From assembly GCA_951406725.2 (NCBI GenBank), contig OX597826.1:66216001-66280000 (forward strand): 64,000 bases of DNA, given 5' to 3'. The notes beneath the pieces were generated by a model. That model was not told the origin of the DNA. It was given only the letters and a program-made list of their open reading frames with translations, and made no database searches. Numbering within the stretch: the stretch's first letter is position 1; each line of letters begins with the position of its first letter. The stretch is from Octopus vulgaris. Lineage: Eukaryota. Positions 12,385-24,302 of the stretch are shown here, piece by piece. Both the position numbers and the translations under genes were made by a program.

Positions 12385-12684
12385 GGAGGCGCAATGGCCC
12401 AGTGGTTAGGGCAGCGGACTCGCGGTCGCAGGATCGCGGTTTCGATTCCCAGACCGGGTGTTGTGAGTGTTTATTGAGCGAAAACACCTAAAAGCTCCAC
12501 GAGGCTCCGGCAGGGGGTGGTGATCCCTGCTGTACTCTTTCACCACTCTTTCTCCCACTCTTTCTTCTGTTGGCCTGCTCGCTTAGCCAGTGGGGTGGCG
12601 TCATTCGAAGGCTAAAACATTGCGAACGCATTGTGACCAGTGATGTGTAACAACATCTGATGGTCTGGTCAGTCACGTGATCAC
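12385..12684 (+). mobile_element. tRNA-derived SINE family C (OK-like) inserted in (TA)n
   Basis: Head GGAGGCGCAATGGCCCAGTGGTTAGGGCAGCGG...GGTTTCGATTCCC with pol III A and B boxes. Confidence 0.85.
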
Positions 12685-13475
12685 ATATATATATATATAT
12701 ATATATTGTCCAAATTTACAGAAAACAAAAGATGAAGACAGGTGTAGGAACAACAAGCAGGGGTATTAGTTTAAGGTCGCTTGGGAAGAATGGGAAAATC
12801 TTTTACGTTTTGAGCCTATGCTCTTCTACAGAAAGGATTATGAGGTAAAAAATGTATGTATGTATATATATGTATAAAGTGACAGAGAAATAGTTTGATG
12901 AAATTTTATTTAACAATAAAGTAATTCTAATATCACAACCGATTGTTTTGTAACTTAAAAACATGTAAATAATTTATATTATATTTAATAAGAAAATTTA
13001 GAAAATGGAGATACAGCATTAATATATTTTATTATCTGTTAATGATAAATAAATTACTTACATGCCTTATTGTTTTCTCTTGTATCATACACTCTATTCT
13101 ATATGTTTTGTATATTGGAGCTTTCAGCATGAATGCAAAGTAGTATAGCATGTAGTTTCCAAATTTCTGGCTGAGTGAATTGCGTCATGGTGCTGTTTTT
13201 CTCACAGATGGTGCCCGACTGACCCTACTATACTGTGTAGTCAACAAAATCAAAAACAAACAATGAACATGCACGAAATTCAAAATATAAAATGGCAACA
13301 GTTTATCCATTGCACCCTGTATATATACTGAAGTCACAATATATGGATTCAAATAATCCAGTAGCACTCATTAAAAAAGCTCCTTATTATAGTTTTGCAG
13401 TGTCTGTGCTACTACAATGTCCTCAAGATGTCAAGGATATCAACACCAGACTCTTCTAATTGTTTTATTTCACAG

Positions 13476-13582
13476 TTTTGTCAGGTTTAAGAGCCAAGAA
13501 TCAGCCAACCATGCAGTGAAGTCTGTATCGGGAAAAATGGTGAATGGACAAAAATTGCTTGTCTCTCATGCCAAATCTTCAG
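13476..13582 (+). CDS. RRM-domain protein, coding exon 3 (FVRFKSQESANHAVKSVSGKMVNGQKLLVSHAKSS)
   Basis: TTTCACAG| acceptor, AG|GTAAAT donor; classic RRM beta3-alpha2-beta4 pattern. Confidence 0.9.
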
Positions 13583-14077
13583 GTAAATATTCAAACACCT
13601 TTACACATCTATCCCCTTCCCTGTCTTTCTTTTTTCATCCTCTTAGCAAGACAATTATCTCTCTCCCTCTTTTATACTTTTTAACCTTCTCATAAACCTG
13701 TACAAAGCCACCTCCCTCAATACTACTCTCCTCACCCATCAATTGAGGGGTCTTTGTATTGCTAGTTATATGGTGACCCCTACTTGTGCTGGCACCACGA
13801 AAAAAAGCACCTACTACAATCTGTAAAATGGTTGGTGTTAGAAAGGGTATCCAGCTGTAGAAACCATTCCAGAGCAGACAACAGATCTTGGTACTCTACC
13901 TTGGTTTACCAGTTTCTGTGAAACTGTCTAACCCATGCCAGCATAGAAAGCAGATGTTAAATGATGACAATGATGATGAAACTTTTGTTGTTTTATTTGT
14001 TTCAATTATCAGTCTGCTGTCATAATGTAGCATTGCTTTCAAAAGCTTTTAAAACATTATATGCACTCCATCATTTA

Positions 14078-14569
14078 CCATAAATCCTCGAGTATAATCC
14101 GCATTTTTTCCCCAAAATTTAAAGGTCAAAATCTCTAGTGCATACTATATACGAGGTTAAGAATGAAAAATATTTTCTAAGCAATGTCCGAGTCTCTATT
14201 TGCTGTCCGGCAATGTTTATTCAGACGCATTTTGTGATGTTGGGCGCAAAAATACCTTAAGCTAAGCCTGAAAGCAATGAAGTCATAAAAGAATCATCCA
14301 TAACTTGCAGTAAGCAACATTTATTAAACGTTATTACTGTTATTTCTTTATTTTCTGCAAACAGAATGCACAAAAAAGCTACACATTTGCATTATGTTAT
14401 ATATACAATATTAATAAAGGATGTTACTGTATACAGTTTTACAAACCAAGGATGTTATATAGACCTTGACTCAAGTTAGAGAAGAGGTGCTTATTATACA
14501 CAAGGTTTAGGTTTTTCAGAAGTACAGGCCCCTAAAAATCCCCTGCGTATTATACTCAATGATTTACAG
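14078..14569. mobile_element. Tigger/pogo-like (Tc1/mariner superfamily) MITE, copy 1
   Basis: TA|CCATAAATCCTCGAGTATA...TATACTCAATGATTTACAG|TA; closely similar copies at 42681 and 61628. Confidence 0.85.
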
Positions 14570-14819
14570 TATCTCTTCTTAGTGATGTAAACATCTTCTT
14601 TCATTTTGCAAGCTGGATTTGATGAATAAAGTAGATCTCGCAGGCCAGATGGGCACAATTATCCCTAAAATCGTTACAATATAGGTCTAAGTAAACGGAT
14701 AAAAGGGTCAATACATAACTTATATTAACAATAAAGGAAGGAAAGACTGTGAGGCATTAGTAAAGTTTTTATGCAGAGATGTGTAGAATCTCATTCACAT
14801 GGTAACGATGCAGTCCTCT

Positions 14820-15161
14820 TTTCACTCATTTGACTGTGGCCATGCTGGAGCTCTGCCTTTAATTGAGCAAATAGACCCTAGGACTTATTCTATCGAGTTT
14901 CTTTTGCCGAACCGCTAAGTTACGGGGATGTAAACATACCCGCATCGGTTGTCAATCGATGTTGAGGGAACAAACACAGACACACAAACATATACACACA
15001 CATACATATATATGATGGGCTTCTTTCAGTTTCCGCCTACCAAATCCACTCACAAGGCTTTGGTTGGCCTGAGGCTATAGTAGAAGACACTTGCCTAAGG
15101 TACCATGCAGTGGGACTGAATCAGGAACCATGTGGTTGGTAAGCAAGCTACTCCTACGCCT
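14820..15161 (-). mobile_element. SINE family A
   Basis: Matches the family A consensus, with CpG decay. Confidence 0.85.
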
Positions 15162-15769
15162 ATAAAGTCCTATTAAGTAAAAATCCTTGGAGTGAGAATG
15201 GAGATAGAAATTATTCAAATAAATGCATACAGTTCCAGAGGAGACCCAATGCTTTCATTATTATTGATATCATTAGAATCCATTCAGACGAACAAAATCT
15301 TTAAAAAGATCTTCTGTATGGTTTGGTGTTAAATGAAAGGGAAAATAGGTCACATGTTTTAGTACATGAATTTATAAGTTTCTTTTCTATTGGTTAAAAT
15401 AACAAAAAGTCCCCTAAATTTAGAAGTCAATCCATTCACAAACCCTAGGGTTCATTGTGTCCAGTCTTTGATCCTGCTTCACCTTGGGAAGTTTTTGGTG
15501 CTAGGAAGTACATCAAGCCATTGAAACCATGCTAAATAAAATGTATGAGACATTGTCTCTGATCCATGTAAGAAGGCAGTAATAAATGTCAACATAAAGC
15601 CACAGATTTTTAACACAGGGTCAGCTGATCCTGTCGGCACATTATTTGATTGGTATTTATTATATAAATATTTGCTAGGATGAATAAGGTCGATTGTAGT
15701 GGAGTCTGAACTTTAGCTGTATAGAGAAGGGAGGTGAATATAAAACACTGTAGCTTATTTACTCTGGGA

Positions 15770-16245
15770 AGGGCATCCAGCTGTAGAAACCATGACAAAT
15801 CAGACTAGAATCAAGTACATCAAAATCAAATGGAAATTGTTGTTGTGATCCTCGTGCTGGTGGCACATAAAAAGCACCATCCGAACATGGCCGATGCCAG
15901 CACCGCTTTGACTGGCTTCTGTGCCAGTGGCATGTAAAAAGCACCAAATGGTCGTGGTTGTTGCCAGCCTCCGCTGGCACGTAAAAAGCACCCACTACAC
16001 TCTCGGAGTGGTTGGTGTTAGGAAGGGCACTCAGCTGTAGAAACACTGCCTGATTAGACTGGAGCCTGGTGCAGCCTCCTGGCTTCCCAGACCCCAGTCG
16101 AACCGTCCAACACATGCCAGCATGGAAAACGGACGTTTAAACGATGATGATGATGATGAGTCTGGTGCTGCCTTCCAGCTTGCTAGCTCTGGTCAAACCA
16201 TCCAACCCATGCCAGCATGGACAATGGATGCTAAGTGATGATGAT
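15770..16245 (+). mobile_element. Family D retroposon copies
   Basis: Same tail and (GAT)n as 8034-8503. Confidence 0.75.
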
Positions 16246-16311
16246 GTTACACTATCTCTGCTACTCCACTGTCATCAGTATTGTAACAAACTTTTGGCTT
16301 TCTTGTTTTAG

Positions 16312-16383
16312 CAGTAGCGACCGACTCTGACCCTTCCAGTTTAATTGTCAGTTCCATTAAGAAACAACTTAAAGAAGAGTTTG
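16312..16383 (+). CDS. RRM-domain protein, coding exon 4 (AVATDSDPSSLIVSSIKKQLKEEF)
   Basis: Polypyrimidine tract then TAG CAG TAG tandem acceptors, G|GTAAGA donor, symmetric phase 1. Confidence 0.75.
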
Positions 16384-17626
16384 GTAAGATTTTCTGTTTT
16401 ACTACTTTTGTTTAACCCTTTCATTACCGTATTTATTTTGAGATGCTCTGAGTTTCTTTCAATTGTTTTAAATATAACAAAGAATTTAGTAAAATAACTT
16501 AGTTACGATTTAAATAGTTTTAGGAACATAAATTGTGACTAAGGTTTGGTGGAAGATTTTAATTCAAAACTTATGAAAACAAGACATTTGTACTACAGAG
16601 CCAGATTCAACTGGGTTGGTAACAAACTGGTTAAGTTTTAATTTAAAAGAAGATATTTTCTGAAGTTTTTACAAATCCGTATTTACTTGAAACCAAAAAA
16701 AGAAAACGAAAAAAAAAAAGACTTGTTGATGGATTTTTAAAGATTAAGTTGGATACATATGTAAAGCTGTTGATGATGATGATAATGATGATGATTGCAG
16801 TGACATTGAAGAATTCATTCGTGCATTTGGTTGTTTTTTTAATGTCTGTTTATTTGTGGGTTGGACAGGTATTTGCTTCATGCAGCATTCTATGACCAGC
16901 TGCTCCTATTCTTTTATTTTTACTTAATTCCTTAAGCCCAACTGATTTGCTTCTACTCCAGGTCAGTGTAGACCTATGAACAATAGTGTCTTAAGTGGTG
17001 GTTCCATATTCCTCAAAACCCTGGAACTTCCAATGCCGGATGCAGTTTAATGTCATACCAACACACACACACACACACTCTCTCTCTCACACATGTATAC
17101 GTACGCATACGACAACCTTGGTATAGTTTCTGTTTACCAAATTCACTTATAAGGCATTATTCAGCCCAGGACTACAGTAGAAGACAACGGCCCAAGATGC
17201 TGCCAAGCGGGACTGAATCCGAAATTTTAACATTCTTGTGTGGTTAAGAAATTTACTTCTCTGCCATCAGAAACTGTACAAAAGCAGTTGTATACATGTG
17301 TGTGTGTGTGTGTGTGTTGGTATGACTTCAAACTTCATCCAGTACTAGGACCCTGGCTTAGGAATTCCAGGGTTTTGAGGATTGTGGAACCAGGGTTGGT
17401 GACAGGAAGAGCATCATGAGAAATGGACACTATATGAACGAACAAACACATGTACCACCACTCTGTGTGCAGGTGTGTGTAAACATGCATCTCCAATCAT
17501 AAAATCCTGCTTCGAAATCAATTCCTGTTCAAGCTTTGCTATGATGAACAAATGGATATTGAAGAAACAAATGAATGCACAAACACACACACAATTACAG
17601 ATACTTATATATGTACATATATGTAT

Positions 17627-18087
17627 GTACATTATTTACATTTGACGGATATTTGTCCTTGTTATATTTGTTTGTTGTTAAGACAATGTTTTGGCTGATA
17701 TACCCTCCAGCCTTCATCAGGTGTCTTGGGGAAATTTTGAACCTGGGTTCACATTCCTGAGTTATTTTTTGATGTTGTTCTTAATATTATTCAGGTCACT
17801 GCCATATGTCCATGGGCATTTGGCATAGTGGTTAAGAGCACAGGCTACTAACCCCAAGATTCCGAGTTCAATTCCAGGCAGTGACCTGAAAAACAATAAT
17901 AATAACAACAACAACATCGAAAAATACCTTAGGAATGAGAACCCAGGTTCGAAAGTTCCCCAAGACACCTTTCCTCAAGGCTGGATGGTATATCAGCCGA
18001 AATGTGTTAACAACAACCAAGATGAGGACAAATATCCATCAAATGTAAATAATGTACGTAATTCCTCATCTCTTAAATATAGAACTG
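17627..18087 (+). mobile_element. tRNA-headed SINE-like element with a hammerhead-bearing tail and an inverted partial copy on its 5' side
   Basis: A box TGGCATAGTGG (17821), B box GAGTTCAATTCC (17864); arms 17627-17803 and 17877-18057 are inverted; minus 17681-17724 reads ACAC CTGATGA AGGCTG..CAGCC AAAA CAT. Confidence 0.75.
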
Positions 18088-18112
18088 TATTATATATGTT
18101 TGTTGTTTACAG

Positions 18113-18248
18113 CTTCAACAGATAAGGAAATTAATGAACTTCTGGAGGAGGCTTCTTCTAAAAGGTGGACGAAAACGCATCACTCGGCCTCAGAATGTGC
18201 TTTTTCTTTGGAACTGACCGATATTCTTACAGACACAATGGACTACAA
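18113..18248 (+). CDS. RRM-domain protein, coding exon 5 (ASTDKEINELLEEASSKRWTK...TDTMDY)
   Basis: TTTACAG| acceptor, AA|GTAAGG donor, open in the required phase. Confidence 0.75.
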
Positions 18249-19329
18249 GTAAGGAACCAAACAGCTCTAATTGATGTTGTTGACCCCAAGGTCAGCTCTG
18301 ATCCAGCATGCCAATAAAGACATTCCAGCTGTGACCATTCCTTTTATTGAAGCTCATTATCTACAACTACATTATGCAACATGTCTTTTTTTTTTTTACT
18401 ACTTTTTACTTAAGTTGGGTTGGATTTGAGGGATATTTGGCTGCTATTTCTAGCAGGTCTAGCGACCATGTAGAGGTACTCTCATTGGGTGGAAAGCTTG
18501 TGGTCCCCAGATCTAGTGCTAATATGGAATTGTGCAATAGGTCAGTGAACTTGCAGAATTGTTAGCATGCTGGGCAGTGGTCAGTGGTATTTTAGTTGTC
18601 TTTATGTTTTGAGTTCAGATTCCACTGAGGTTTACTTTGCTTTTTGTCATCTTGAGGGTCAATAAAATAAATATCAGCTAATCACTGGGGCTGGTGTAAT
18701 CGACTTACTCAGCTCCCACGAACATGCCGGCCCTGTTCCAAAATGTGCAAATGGCAGACACACACACACATGTATGCAGGCAGGCAGGCATATGCACAGA
18801 CATACACACACACACACATATGCAGACATACACACTCATGCATGCACACACACTAGTGTAAAAGGCCAAAATGCTTTTGCAGCTCTTAGTTCTTTTACAT
18901 TCTGAGTTCACATCTTCCTCATGAATGCTTTTTTTTTCTTTTCCCCATTCATTTTTTGAGATTGACAAAGTCAATACCTTGTATGTACTGGTATCAATTT
19001 AATCGATTGTATTCTTTCGCCAAGAGTTCAATACCAGTCAGAGCCAGTTTTCTTCCTTTTATTTATCTGTTAACATAAGTGTGTGTTATATACTGGAGTT
19101 AAGTTCCAGTGAGTTTACTTTTCCTTTATGAATGTGAAATTCTGGAATTTAATCTAACTGGTCTGTTCTGAGTTCAATCTCTGATGGAATTGCATTTGTG
19201 TTTCATTTTTTTTTCTAGGGTGTTTCTATCCCTTTGTCACACTCTAACCTCTCATCACTTGGCACAAAGCCACCTCCTCCAATGCAACCCCGCTTTCAAA
19301 GGATCTTTGTCTTGCAGGTGATTTAGTGA

Positions 19330-19613
19330 CCCTGCCATTGCTGGTGCATCCAGTCCACACTGTAAAGTGGTTGGTGTTTAGAAGGCCATCCAGCTGGTAA
19401 AAACCATGCCAAAACTGGCCTTGCTGGTGTCATGTAAACTGCATTCAGTCCACTCTGTAAGTGGATGGTGTTAGGAAGGGCATCCAGCTGTAAAACCCAT
19501 GCCAGAACATATAGTGGAGCCTGATGCAGTCTTTTTCCTGGCCATCCCCTGTCAAACTGTCCAACCCATGCCAGCATGGAAAACAGACATTAAATGATGA
19601 TGATGATGATGAT
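19330..19613 (+). mobile_element. Family D retroposon, degenerate
   Basis: AGGAAGGGCATCCAGCTGT...CCCATGCCAGCATGG...(GAT)n. Confidence 0.7.
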
Positions 19614-20120
19614 GACTTCTGAGTTAATGGTGGTGATTGTGTGGCATCAACTTCCATCACTTATGCCTCTTCTTTGATTGACATTGATCCCTGTTATAGG
19701 ACAGCTAACTCCACCTCCTTTGTTTTACAACAAAGAGGATGTCAATCCCTCGTTGACACTTTTAGTAAAATCTATATGTAAGAGAACATTGTAACAGGTG
19801 TGACAAATTCACATCTAGGAATTAACATATGTCATATTTTATCATAACTCTGTTCACATAAGATTGGTCTGTGATGTTACAATTAAAAACTGACTATTAA
19901 TGTTATTCATGATGTATAAGTCATTTAAATGTTATTGTATATGTCGTTATAATGCAGTAATACTAACTTCATAAGCAATTCACTAAGGTTCTAAGTAAAG
20001 TCAAACTCAGTAACCAAGGTCATAAGTAAAGTAATAATTTAGTAAAATAATGATCTTAGTAATAAGTAAAGAGTTATTTTCTTTTGATGTCTAATTTTTG
20101 TTTCTATTTTCTTCCAACAG

Positions 20121-20211
20121 ATACTGGAATGAATTTTTCTCAAGACAGAAGGAAATCTCACGGAAATTGAAGATGATTCAAATGCAAACGTCAGCTAATG
20201 GTTCAAGATGA
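20121..20211 (+). CDS. RRM-domain protein, last coding exon (KYWNEFFSRQKEISRKLKMIQMQTSANGSR*)
   Basis: Strong TTTTCTTCCAACAG| acceptor; the phase-2 frame is the longest open one; total CDS 561 nt. Confidence 0.7.
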
Positions 20212-20219
20212 AGGAAAGA

Positions 20220-20630
20220 AATGACGATGGAACCGTGGAAAATAACAGATTGGCCTGTTGTTGTTGAGAGGGCAGAGAGAACCCGAGATTGTCCTATTGT
20301 CTCAGAGAGCATAAGAGACTAATTGGTTTTCTCTATGAGGACAAAGAGAGTATAACAGATTCATTGACCTGAAAAGAAAAAAGAGAGAATGACAAAGTGA
20401 TTCTTTGTTCCAAAGAAGGAAGAGAGAATATTAACAGATGGAACCATTCTTCATAAGAGGAGACAGAGCATAAATCTGATCTGTTGTACTTCAGTGAGAA
20501 TATGATAGACACAGCAGTTCTTCCAAAAAGAGAGAGAACGTATTATAGACTGACCTTTTACTCCTGAAAATGGAGAAAATATAATGGATTGAGTCATTGT
20601 CCCGAAAACAGAGACACAGAAAATAAGCTC
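20220..20630 (+). repeat. Highly degenerate ~40-bp tandem repeat in the RRM gene 3' UTR
   Basis: Recurring GAGAGAAT/ATAACAGATT..C..TT/GTTCC units about every 40 nt. Confidence 0.5.
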
Positions 20631-20925
20631 ACCCAAGTGTAGCATGACCTGCAGCAGTACTATGTCCCACAGAAGTAGACTGAGCTGAGAGACAGCAGAA
20701 ATGTAATAAAGCTGAAGCTAGACGTGGCTGTGAGGTTCTTCATTGCAAATATGTAATCTCCCAGATACTTATAATGGTGAGGATTAGTGACTGTTTAATG
20801 TGGTGGAATATTGCACAGGAGAAACTGTTATATTGTGACACTACCCAGAAGGTTGTTGAAAACTTGAGTCCAGTCTATTTTCATCACAAAAGTGACCATA
20901 AGTGAACAGTTTTGTGTTAAATAGT

Positions 20926-20931
20926 AATAAA
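20926..20931 (+). terminator. Polyadenylation signal of the RRM gene
   Basis: AATAAA followed ~20 nt later by GU-rich TCTGTTCTCTGTGTGTT. Confidence 0.6.
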
Positions 20932-21059
20932 TATATTGTTCATTCCAAACCTCTGTTCTCTGTGTGTTATATTTTCATTAAGCTAAGACAGCATGGAGTC
21001 AGTTCTAATCCATTTATTGTTGATCATAATGGAGTTAATCATGTGATATTTACTAACTA

Positions 21060-21520
21060 CACATGCTAGCATGAATTGGATACATCTTCAGCACGACATC
21101 TTTCCATTTATTGAAGTCCTTTGTCACCTCTTCATGCAGTTGAGCCTCTTGAGGTCAACTTATATCATTTCTATTTCCATCTTCCTCTTGGATTGCTTGG
21201 CACATTTTTTTATCCAATCGTCATCATTCATACACTTCAGTGTGGTCCATACCAGCTCAGTCTTCTCTCTTGCCCATTACAGAGTTAGTTCTACTAATAC
21301 TCAGGTTGTGCTTTTCACACATCTTGTGGAACATGCCTCATTTTCTTTCCACCCTTTACTTACGTGCCACATTCAAAACCTTGTTTCATAACCATGGAAT
21401 ATCATAATTGGTACAGAGGTGTCATACAATCTACCTTTCATTCGCAAACAGAATCTCTTCCTTACCAGCATCAGTATTAGTTTCCTGGAACTTTTCCACT
21501 CCATTCTTACTCTGGCAGAA
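21060..21520 (-). mobile_element. RTE-clade LINE ORF 3' fragment
   Basis: Minus translation WKSSRKL..L...RMKGRLYDTSV..IFHGYET, resembling the RTE post-RT region; degenerate. Confidence 0.65.
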
Positions 21521-21529
21521 ATAATTTGT

Positions 21530-21925
21530 GAGCAGCAAGCTGGCAGAATCATTAGCACGCTGGGCGAAATGCTTAGCGGTATTTCGTCTGTCCTTATGTT
21601 CCGAGTTCAAATTCCGTCAAGGTCGACTTTGCCTTTCATCCTTTCAGGGTCGATTAAATAAGTACCAGTTATGCACTGGGGTCGATATAATCGACTTAAT
21701 CCATTTGTCTGTCCTCTGTGTTTAGCCCCTTGTGAGTAGTAAAGAAATAGGTATTTCGTTTATCTTTACATTGCGAGTTCAAATTCCGTCGAGGTCGACT
21801 TTGCCTTTCATCCTTTCGGGATTGATTAAATAAGTACCAGTTACACACTGGGATCGATGTAATAGACTTAATCCCTTTGTCTGTCCCCTCTATGTTTAGC
21901 CTCTTGTGGGCAATAAATATAGAAA
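21530..21925 (+). mobile_element. SINE family B, tandem dimer
   Basis: Two consecutive GAGTTCAAATTCCGTC..GGTCGACTTTGCCTTTCATCC bodies. Confidence 0.85.
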
Positions 21926-23064
21926 TACATATTTTGTGACACTGATCTTTTACTGTTGATTTGATCATCAACTACTAAATAACCTTCCAGCATATTTTGG
22001 AAACTCCTCTTGAATTCTTTGATTCAGTGAAAGGTTTAGGTTGTCTTGTGTCTACAATACACAAAATATTTTAATTTCATTTTTTTTACACAATTCCAAA
22101 TATTTAATTATAAAAATAGGATTTTTTAAAACATAAAATGGTTATGAGGGTCCACCTGAATGAAATAAGAATCATAGGGGTCCCATAGGTAATGAAATGG
22201 TTTGAGAACCACTGGTTTAGTTCTTATTACCATTAAGTTCTTATTCTATTACCACTAAGTTCTATTACCGATCAAAGCCTTGTGAGTGGATTTGGTAGAC
22301 AGAAACTGAAAGAAGCCCGTCTACCATATATATATGTGTGTGTCTGTCACTCCAACATTGCTTGACAACCAATGCTGGTGTGTTTACATCCCCATAACTT
22401 AGCAGTTCAGCAAAAGAGACCAACAGAATAAGTACTAGGCTTACAAAGAATAAGTTCTGGGGTCAATTTGCTCAACTAAAGGCGGTGCTCCAGTATGGCT
22501 GCAGTCATCCATCAAAAACTTTCTCTCCATGACCATCCTGCCTTTCATACATTACTATACCTTGGGCTACATTATCAAGTGTTTCTAAGACAGGATATTT
22601 TGCTGCTTCTTCACCAGGTCTGCTCAGATTAGGAGCACTTACAATCAAAATTATTCTAGCTTTGACCATTTCATCTTCTTATGTTGAAACATATTGTATT
22701 TTGATCTCTATCATCAAGTATTTTTTTAAGACAGTTGGAATATAAAGGAGATGTGGCTGCTAGAAATAACAGCTGCTGAATGAATTTTATAGAACAGTAA
22801 TGGTGAATCTAGAACATGCCACAGATTTCTAAATAACAGTGAATGTACTTGGGAAAAAAATCTCCCTGCAATCATCATTTGATGTCCATTTTCCATGAGC
22901 TGGATGGTTTGACAGGAACTGCACCAGGTTCCATTGTTTTTATATGGTTTCTATAGCTGGATGCCCTTCCAAATGCCAACCACTTCAGAGAGTGCACTAG
23001 ATGCCTTTTATGTGGCACCAACACCAGTGGTTTTCACGTGGCAATATCAGGTTATAAAAACTTT

Positions 23065-23426
23065 AGCTTGTTAACCAACCACATGGTTCCGGGTTCAGTC
23101 CCACTGCGTGGCATCTTGGGCAAGTGTCTTCTGCTATAGCCCCGGGCCGACCAATGCCTTGTGAGTGGATTTGGTAGACGGAAACTGAAAGAAGCCTGTC
23201 GTATATATGTATATGTATATATATGTATGTGTGTGTTTGTCCCCCTAGCATTGCTTGACAACCGATGCTGGTGTGTTTACGTCCCCGTCACTTAGCGGTT
23301 CAGCAAAGGAGACCGATAGAATAAGTACTGGGCTTACAAAGAATAAGTCCCGGGGTCGATTTGCTCGACTAAAGGCGGTGCTCCAGCATGGCCGCAGTCA
23401 AATGACTGAAACAAGTAAAAGAGTAA
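23065..23426 (+). mobile_element. SINE family A (another partial copy at ~22270-22507)
   Basis: Matches the family A consensus. Confidence 0.85.
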
Positions 23427-23968
23427 AATATGTATATGATATTTCAAGAACAGGATTATTAATGAAGTTAGTAATTATTAATAATCTAATGATAGAAATT
23501 GAAATTTCAACAACACCCCCGGCTAAAAAATGGTTTGCCATAACTAATGTAGAAGTATCCTTATTAGTCCGTTTCATAGATATCATTTTCTTGTGTTTCA
23601 TTGTCTAGTTGCCGGACAGCTTACCTTGCTGACTATTTCTGCCTCTTTATCATTGTATTAACATTCCACATATCTATTTGTCTATCAATTTCATTTTCTT
23701 TATAATGCTTTTTCTTTGTTTTCTGTCCCTTTCTCAGCAGAATCACTGCTTTCCCATTCCACATTACTACAGAATGACAGAAAATGGGAAACAAGCAAGA
23801 AAGAAAAAAGATAAAGGACATGTGACTAGGTGTTTTATAGAGATAAGGACAGGTGTTTAAGTGGATTATCAAGATAATCACCCCAGAAATAGACAACTAT
23901 AAAGTACAAAACAATTATCCATCACATTTTCACCTTTCAAGACAAGACATTTTAATGTTGTCTGGTGT

Positions 23969-23974
23969 TTTATT
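23969..23974 (-). terminator. Candidate polyadenylation signal for the DNAJA3 distal last exon
   Basis: AATAAA on the minus strand ~220 nt after the stop at 24193. Confidence 0.45.
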
Positions 23975-24192
23975 AACATAACAATATTAGTACAGCTCCC
24001 TTACTGTCATCTCTTGCTTGACTCCATCTCCACCAACTGCTCCTCCTTCTCGGTGCCTCGGACAAAATACTAATTAATAGGGCACAAGATATTTTGGAGA
24101 GTTTGTTTTGGGTTGTTTTTTTTTCTATTTTATTTAAAAAATGAAATTATTGTCTTTAATAGTTATCTTCATTATTATCTTCCTCCACTTCT

Positions 24193-24302
24193 TCATACAG
24201 CATCTTTCTTGTTCATAGGTTCACTATCGTCATCATGCGAGTTGCTGAGAACCTCTCTAATGCGGCTAACCAGACCATCGTCATCGTACATTGATCGGGA
24301 CC
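24193..24302 (-). CDS. DNAJA3: DNAJA3 alternative last exon 12b (GSRSMYDDDGLVSRIREVLSNSHDDDSEPMNKKDAV*)
   Basis: Strong TTTTCTTTTTTCTGTAG| acceptor, open in phase 1; acidic-G-amphipathic motif similar to exon 12a. Confidence 0.65.

Noticed and set aside
12385-12460. tRNA gene (also at 17814, 29812 and the other SINE heads)
   Set aside because: A and B boxes are present, but each continues into a repeat body and I could not fold a complete cloverleaf; these are SINE heads.
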